This document shows positions 8,058-10,527 of a stretch of 10,527 nt of DNA, one piece after another; within the stretch, counting starts at the first letter, position 1, and every line of letters starts with the position of its first letter. The stretch comes from Megasphaera cerevisiae DSM 20462 (lineage in GTDB: Bacteria; Bacillota; Negativicutes; Veillonellales; Megasphaeraceae), in NCBI RefSeq assembly GCF_001045675.1, contig NZ_LEKT01000071.1, forward strand, positions 1-10,527, read 5' to 3'. The notes below the pieces were generated by a model. It made no database searches, was not told the origin of the DNA, and saw nothing but the letters and a program-made list of their open reading frames with translations. Both the position numbers and the translations under genes were made by a program.

Positions 8058-8084
8058 AAAAAAAAGCACCCTTTTAAGGGGTGC
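8058..8084 (-). terminator. Rho-independent terminator with no long ORF upstream
   Basis: The minus strand reads GCACCC-cttaaaa-GGGTGC followed by T8 (A8 at 8058..8065 on plus). Confidence 0.65.
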
Positions 8085-8094
8085 GTTATTATCT

Positions 8095-8123
8095 AAAAAA
8101 TGGGGTAGGGATTTGCACCCTAC
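8095..8123 (-). terminator. Possible second (tandem) terminator-like hairpin
   Basis: The minus strand reads GTAGGG-tgcaaat-CCCTAC, then CCCA, then T6. The U-run is 4 nt away from the stem, so this is a weaker call. Confidence 0.35.
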
Positions 8124-8165
8124 AAGATGCTTCGTCAGTCAGACCGAAGGTATCTGCCGCTCACA

Positions 8166-8249
8166 TCAGGCCATAATACCTATACCAAACCATATCAGGT
8201 TAAAGTACGAGGTGCTTGTGACCTCACGTCTACCTTTTCCGCCACCCAT
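8166..8249 (-). CDS. Candidate 27-aa small ORF; speculative
   Basis: The minus strand has AAGGAatATG-ATG GGT GGC..., which encodes MGGGKGRREVTSTSYFNLIWFGIGIMA and ends at a TGA (8168..8166). The AGGA lies 5 nt before the second ATG. The N-terminus is basic and the C-terminus hydrophobic. It lies between a predicted extended -10 promoter and the tandem terminators. There is no homology evidence. Confidence 0.2.
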   Translation of the reverse strand: MGGGKGRREVTSTSYFNLIWFGIGIMA

Positions 8250-8321
8250 CATATTCCTTATCGGGAAATTGATGTAAATATAATTGACTTCTATCTATAT
8301 ATATATTTTATACTTTATATT

Positions 8322-8330
8322 ATTATACCA
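8322..8330 (-). promoter_or_regulatory. Candidate extended -10 promoter element for the orphan minus-strand transcript
   Basis: The minus strand reads TGgTATAAT (8330..8322). There is no good -35; the best candidate is CTGATA at 17-nt spacing. Confidence 0.3.
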
Positions 8331-8419
8331 CACTTGAGCAAACATATCAGGTATTTTTTATTCGAGTCTGTTATGCATACATCGATTTATCAACAAAAAA
8401 AAGTATATATTTTTTTTCA

Positions 8420-8448
8420 TTGACAATTTCGGAATAGTTTGCTATAAT
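8420..8448 (+). promoter_or_regulatory. Cold-shock gene promoter with near-consensus elements and an upstream A/T tract
   Basis: TTGACA (8420..8425), a 17-nt spacer ending in TGc, then TATAAT (8443..8448). It is preceded by A8-GTATATA-T8 (about 8393..8417), which resembles an UP element. Confidence 0.8.
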
Positions 8449-8471
8449 TACATTCGTTGGTTACAAAGTTT

Positions 8472-8537
8472 AAACTCACGTAAATTTGTAAGGTTATACT
8501 TAGTGTACGATACCTTATAGATTTATGTGAGTTTTTT
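8472..8537 (+). promoter_or_regulatory. Long imperfect hairpin followed by a U-run in the csp 5' UTR; candidate thermosensor or attenuator
   Basis: AAACTCAC (8472..8479) pairs with GTGAGTTT (8527..8534). Inner helices pair TAAAT with ATTTA and TAAGGT with ACCTTA. The 3' arm runs into T6/7 (8532..8537). It lies about 40 nt upstream of the RBS AGGAGG. Confidence 0.45.
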
Positions 8538-8573
8538 ACATTATTAGTACTTTTTTTTCAGGAGGAATTTTCA

Positions 8574-8786
8574 ATGACTACAGGAACAGTAAAATGGTTT
8601 AACGAAAGCAAAGGTTTTGGTTTTATTACTCCGGATGACGGACAGAGCGATGTATTCGTACATTTTTCCGCAATCGTTTCCGATGGCTTCAAAACACTTC
8701 AGGAAAACCAGAAGGTAAGTTTTGACGTAGAACCGGATCCGAAAAACGCATCCAGATTCAAAGCTGCTAACGTTAAAGCACTTTAA
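8574..8786 (+). CDS. Cold-shock protein (CspA family, CSD fold)
   Basis: The 70-aa ORF is [34 protein letters not shown]..., with RNP1 (KGFGFI) and RNP2 (VFVHF) motifs. An RBS AGGAGG lies 8 nt upstream. Confidence 0.95.
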   Translation: MTTGTVKWFNESKGFGFITPDDGQSDVFVHFSAIVSDGFKTLQENQKVSFDVEPDPKNASRFKAANVKAL

Positions 8787-8802
8787 TTTTAAATGTATGT
8801 AC

Positions 8803-8835
8803 AAAAAGGCTCCATCTTCGGATGGGGCTTTTTTT
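8803..8835 (+). terminator. csp terminator
   Basis: GGCTCCATC-ttcg-GATGGGGCT forms a stem with a UUCG loop, followed by T7 (8829..8835) and preceded by A5. Confidence 0.85.
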
Positions 8836-8859
8836 GTATGTGAAGAATATTTTGCGCTG

Positions 8860-8901
8860 AAAATAGGCAAGCCTCGATTACTGACGAGGCTTGCCTATTT
8901 T
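8860..8901. terminator. Bidirectional terminator between the convergent csp and DapB-like genes
   Basis: A perfect 17-bp stem pairs AAAATAGGCAAGCCTCG (8860..8876) with CGAGGCTTGCCTATTTT (8885..8901) around an 8-nt loop. The A-run and T-run are part of the stem arms, so it can act in both directions. Confidence 0.8.
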
Positions 8902-8966
8902 GATATTACAATCCGGCTCAATCTCCCCCAATCCTATTTATACCTGGGAAAATTTGCAATGCCGCA

Positions 8967-9731
8967 TCAATATATTGGGATGTTATCTCTAAACATTTTT
9001 AAAATAAACTGCTCCATCCCATAGAGTCCCGGCTCCTTACCTGCAATATGCTTGATCGCAAAAATAGCTCCCTGACCAAAAGCCGCCTGATTTGTGCTTT
9101 CATGACTGATACGTATCGTCTGATTAGGAAGGCCAAATATAACCATATGCTTGCCTACCGTTTTGCCCACCCGAATAGAATGAATCATGTCGGCCGGTAA
9201 GTTCAGCATCCCCGCGATCTTTTTCGCCGTACCTGACACGCTTTCCTTTTCCCGGAAATGTTCCTCTATAATTTCGATATCAGCATGCGGAACTGTTTTT
9301 TCCAATATCTGTGAAATAATCATCAGAATATTAATACCCAACGTGATATTAGGCGAATATAACACGGCCGCCTTTTCGGCACAGTTCTTTAGTGTTTTCA
9401 AATCAGCCGGCTCATAATGTGAAATAGCCGATACAATAGCCGTCCTGTCATTTGCCGCATTTTTATACAGTTCGATGGCTGAACTAGTAGAAAAATCCAA
9501 AATCACATCTACCGGATGCGCCTCGAAAAAAGCCTCTGAAATATCAGCAATGCTGTATATAGGCCCTTCATGGGACTGCAAATGTAAAATCTGTCCTGCA
9601 GTCTGTTTCTCCAAGTCGGGGGATCGCTTGATGACCCACGCCAAACAAATATCATTATCCTGTATCAGTTCAGTTGCCACAATTTTTCCGGTACGGCCAA
9701 AGCCTACAAGGCCTACTTTTATTTGTTTCAT
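8967..9731 (-). CDS. DapB-family (4-hydroxy-tetrahydrodipicolinate reductase-like) NAD(P)-binding oxidoreductase; divergent paralogue
   Basis: The 254-aa ORF has an N-terminal Rossmann motif VGLVGFGRTG. Its central and C-terminal blocks align by eye to DapB: NITLGINIL..., DIEIIEEHFREKESVSGTA against [20 protein letters not shown], then HESTNQAAFGQGAIFAIKHIAGKEPGLYGMEQ against H.A.SR..FA.GA..AA.W...K..GLY.M.D. The GTTG motif is replaced (IVSAISHY) and the second His of the HH pair is Phe. Confidence 0.75.
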   Translation of the reverse strand: MKQIKVGLVGFGRTGKIVATELIQDNDICLAWVIKRSPDLEKQTAGQILHLQSHEGPIYSIADISEAFFEAHPVDVILDFSTSSAIELYKNAANDRTAIVSAISHYEPADLKTLKNCAEKAAVLYSPNITLGINILMIISQILEKTVPHADIEIIEEHFREKESVSGTAKKIAGMLNLPADMIHSIRVGKTVGKHMVIFGLPNQTIRISHESTNQAAFGQGAIFAIKHIAGKEPGLYGMEQFILKMFRDNIPIY

Positions 9732-9769
9732 ACTAGCCCTCCTTTTATCAAATAATGTGTATATGATTA

Positions 9770-9778
9770 ATTATAACA
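9770..9778 (-). promoter_or_regulatory. Candidate extended -10 promoter for the DapB-like gene
   Basis: The minus strand reads TGtTATAAT (9778..9770), about 40 nt upstream of the ATG at 9731. An RBS AAGGAGGG precedes that ATG. Confidence 0.4.
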
Positions 9779-9893
9779 TAATGTATTTATATTTTCTAAT
9801 TTACAAATATTCATAATACTAAATGCACAGGTAATGAATACATATGCCATGCATTCGTCTAAAAATAATCTGATACAGAGTGCCTCCCCTGAA

Positions 9894-9923
9894 TTGACAC
9901 TCTGCAGATCTGCGTTGTATAAT
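9894..9923 (+). promoter_or_regulatory. Candidate promoter for the 101-aa ORF
   Basis: TTGACA (9894..9899), an 18-nt spacer, then TATAAT (9918..9923). Confidence 0.55.
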
Positions 9924-9970
9924 CTGAATAAACAATAGTCTATTTGAAAGCATCATAGGAGGGATCCAGT

Positions 9971-10276
9971 ATGAAGGTAAATGCAGCTTTTATTTTTGTG
10001 GCTCCGAAGGTCGATTATACAAAACACCACACCGTGATTGATACCCCGGTAGTCCAATTGACAATAGTCGGTGTAAAAAATTACGATGAAGCCGTGATCG
10101 TCGCAAAAGGCCTGGCTGACCAGGGAGTCAAAGCCATTGAGCTCTGCGCCGGCTTTGGCAATGAAGGAATCGCGATGGTGAGCAAGGCCGTCAAAGGAAA
10201 GGCCTCTGTAGGAGCCGTAAAATTCGACCATCATCCCGGCTTTGATTTCAAAAGCGGCGATGACTTGTTCCAGTAA
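9971..10276 (+). CDS. Small conserved-looking hypothetical protein (101 aa)
   Basis: A strong RBS AGGAGGG lies 7 nt upstream of the ATG. The composition is protein-like: MKVNAAFIFVAPKVDY...VGVKNYDEAVIVAKGLADQGVKAIELCAGFGNEG...VGAVKFDHHPG. I cannot name a family with confidence. The stop is at 10274..10276, only about 3-5 nt before the predicted right IS end. Confidence 0.7.
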   Translation: MKVNAAFIFVAPKVDYTKHHTVIDTPVVQLTIVGVKNYDEAVIVAKGLADQGVKAIELCAGFGNEGIAMVSKAVKGKASVGAVKFDHHPGFDFKSGDDLFQ

Positions 10277-10278
10277 GA

Positions 10279-10527
10279 AAGGGTTTGTCAAGTTAAGTGT
10301 GTAAGTTTTTTTAGGTATCATAAAAGAAGATGCGTTACCAGTGATTGCTGGCTTTAAAATTTCTCGTATTTCAGGATACGAGCTTGCAGCTTATCATCCA
10401 TAGCCAACTGGTTTCTGACCATCGCCCAGTTCTGGATATGATGCCCTTCCCACTTGGCATAGAGTTCCTTTACCCTGAGATAGAGAACCTTGAAGACAGA
10501 TTCCTCGCTGGAGAACGAGCCCTTCTT
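10279..10527 (-). mobile_element. IS256-family insertion sequence, right copy. Only its 3' part is in the window: transposase C-terminus and terminal inverted repeat.
   Basis: The transposase C-terminus is on the minus strand and ends at a stop at 10354..10356. The terminal repeat candidate 10279..10306 matches the reverse complement of 223..250 at 20/28 positions. It has the same orientation as the left copy. Confidence 0.75.
10354..10527 (-). CDS. IS256-family transposase, C-terminal fragment; the CDS starts beyond the right window edge
   Basis: The minus strand from 10527 reads KKGSFSSEESVFKVLYLRVKELYAKWEGHHIQNWAMVRNQLAMDDKLQARILKYEKF*. The pattern K.K..F..E.S..K.LYL....(K)KW.G..I.NW......L is the conserved C-terminal block of IS256-family transposases. 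Confidence 0.85.
   Translation of the reverse strand, partial: KKGSFSSEESVFKVLYLRVKELYAKWEGHHIQNWAMVRNQLAMDDKLQARILKYEKF

Noticed and set aside
8095-8230. Possible known structured RNA on the minus strand: TPP riboswitch-like AACCUGAUAUGG, 6S-like CCUGAUGUG, SRP-like GAAGCA, or a tRNA/tmRNA-like T-arm GUAGGGUGCAAAUCCCUACCCCA
   Set aside because: In each case only a short fragment resembles the consensus. There is no CUGAGA box or complementary P4/P5 strand for TPP. There is no 3' strand to close a 6S helix upstream of the terminators. There is no GGAA tetraloop or AGCAGC for SRP. The T-loop-like hairpin lacks the UUCRANY loop and an acceptor stem. I kept it only as an unclassified candidate RNA in the findings.
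8296-8306. Short (TA)n run tatatatatat and the A8-GTATATA-T8 tract (about 8393..8417) between divergent promoters
   Set aside because: They are too short to call a microsatellite switch with any confidence. Most simply they are AT-rich promoter or UP-element DNA. I noted the tract as UP-like in the csp promoter evidence only.
7742-8423. Plus-strand ORFs 7742..7996, 8008..8277 and 8127..8423 in the gene-free gap
   Set aside because: They have no RBS, their translations are rich in Arg, Ser, Cys and His with no recognisable motifs, and they run through hairpin-plus-poly-A/T terminator structures. The first part may be a decayed gene remnant, but I could not assign it. I considered recO, which often precedes glyQS, and found no convincing motif.
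8571-9024. 99-aa minus-strand ORF (8571..8870) and 75-aa plus-strand ORF (8797..9024)
   Set aside because: The first is antisense to the cold-shock gene and spans its terminator. The second spans two terminator hairpins and overlaps the 3' end of the DapB-like gene. Neither has an RBS.
9953-10321. 122-aa minus-strand ORF overlapping the 101-aa plus-strand ORF
   Set aside because: The plus-strand ORF has a strong AGGAGGG RBS at correct spacing and protein-like composition. The minus-strand ORF would start inside the predicted IS terminal repeat and lacks an RBS, so I treat it as an antisense shadow.
1-10527. Search for CRISPR arrays, tRNA or rRNA genes, integrase or att sites, and toxin-antitoxin pairs of normal size
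   Set aside because: I found no regularly spaced direct repeats, no cloverleaf-compatible segments with proper T and anticodon arms, no rRNA-like sequence, and no adjacent small ORF pairs with overlapping stop and start beyond those described.

Overview
The window looks like chromosomal DNA from a diderm Firmicute (Negativicutes-like). The taxon is an inference from two features: a T-box-regulated glyQ-glyS operon, which is typical of Firmicutes, next to a TonB-dependent outer-membrane receptor. Both window edges fall inside IS256-family insertion sequences on the minus strand. The left edge holds a transposase N-terminus plus an IS end, and the right edge holds an IS end plus a transposase C-terminus, so about 10 kb is bracketed by two directly oriented copies. 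From left to right the interior holds eight elements. (1) A 137-aa hypothetical ORF whose 3' end appears to run into the left IS terminal repeat. (2) A roughly 3.6 kb TonB-dependent receptor gene (minus strand) broken into four reading-frame segments plus a separated signal peptide. One break is a G10 tract (C10 on plus) between the signal peptide and the TonB box, and the gene carries an unusual ~313-aa extension past the canonical C-terminal barrel strand. (3) Intact glyS and glyQ (minus strand) with a glycine T-box leader, promoter and terminators. (4) A ~0.68 kb region with no convincing long ORF, but with minus-strand promoter-like and terminator-like signals and a 27-codon ORF. (5) A cold-shock protein gene (plus strand) with a strong promoter and a long structured 5' UTR. 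(6) A divergent DapB-family oxidoreductase (minus strand). (7) A 101-aa conserved-looking small protein (plus strand). (8) The right IS end. I saw no tRNA, rRNA or CRISPR array. All functional calls come from recognising protein motifs by eye; no database search was possible.
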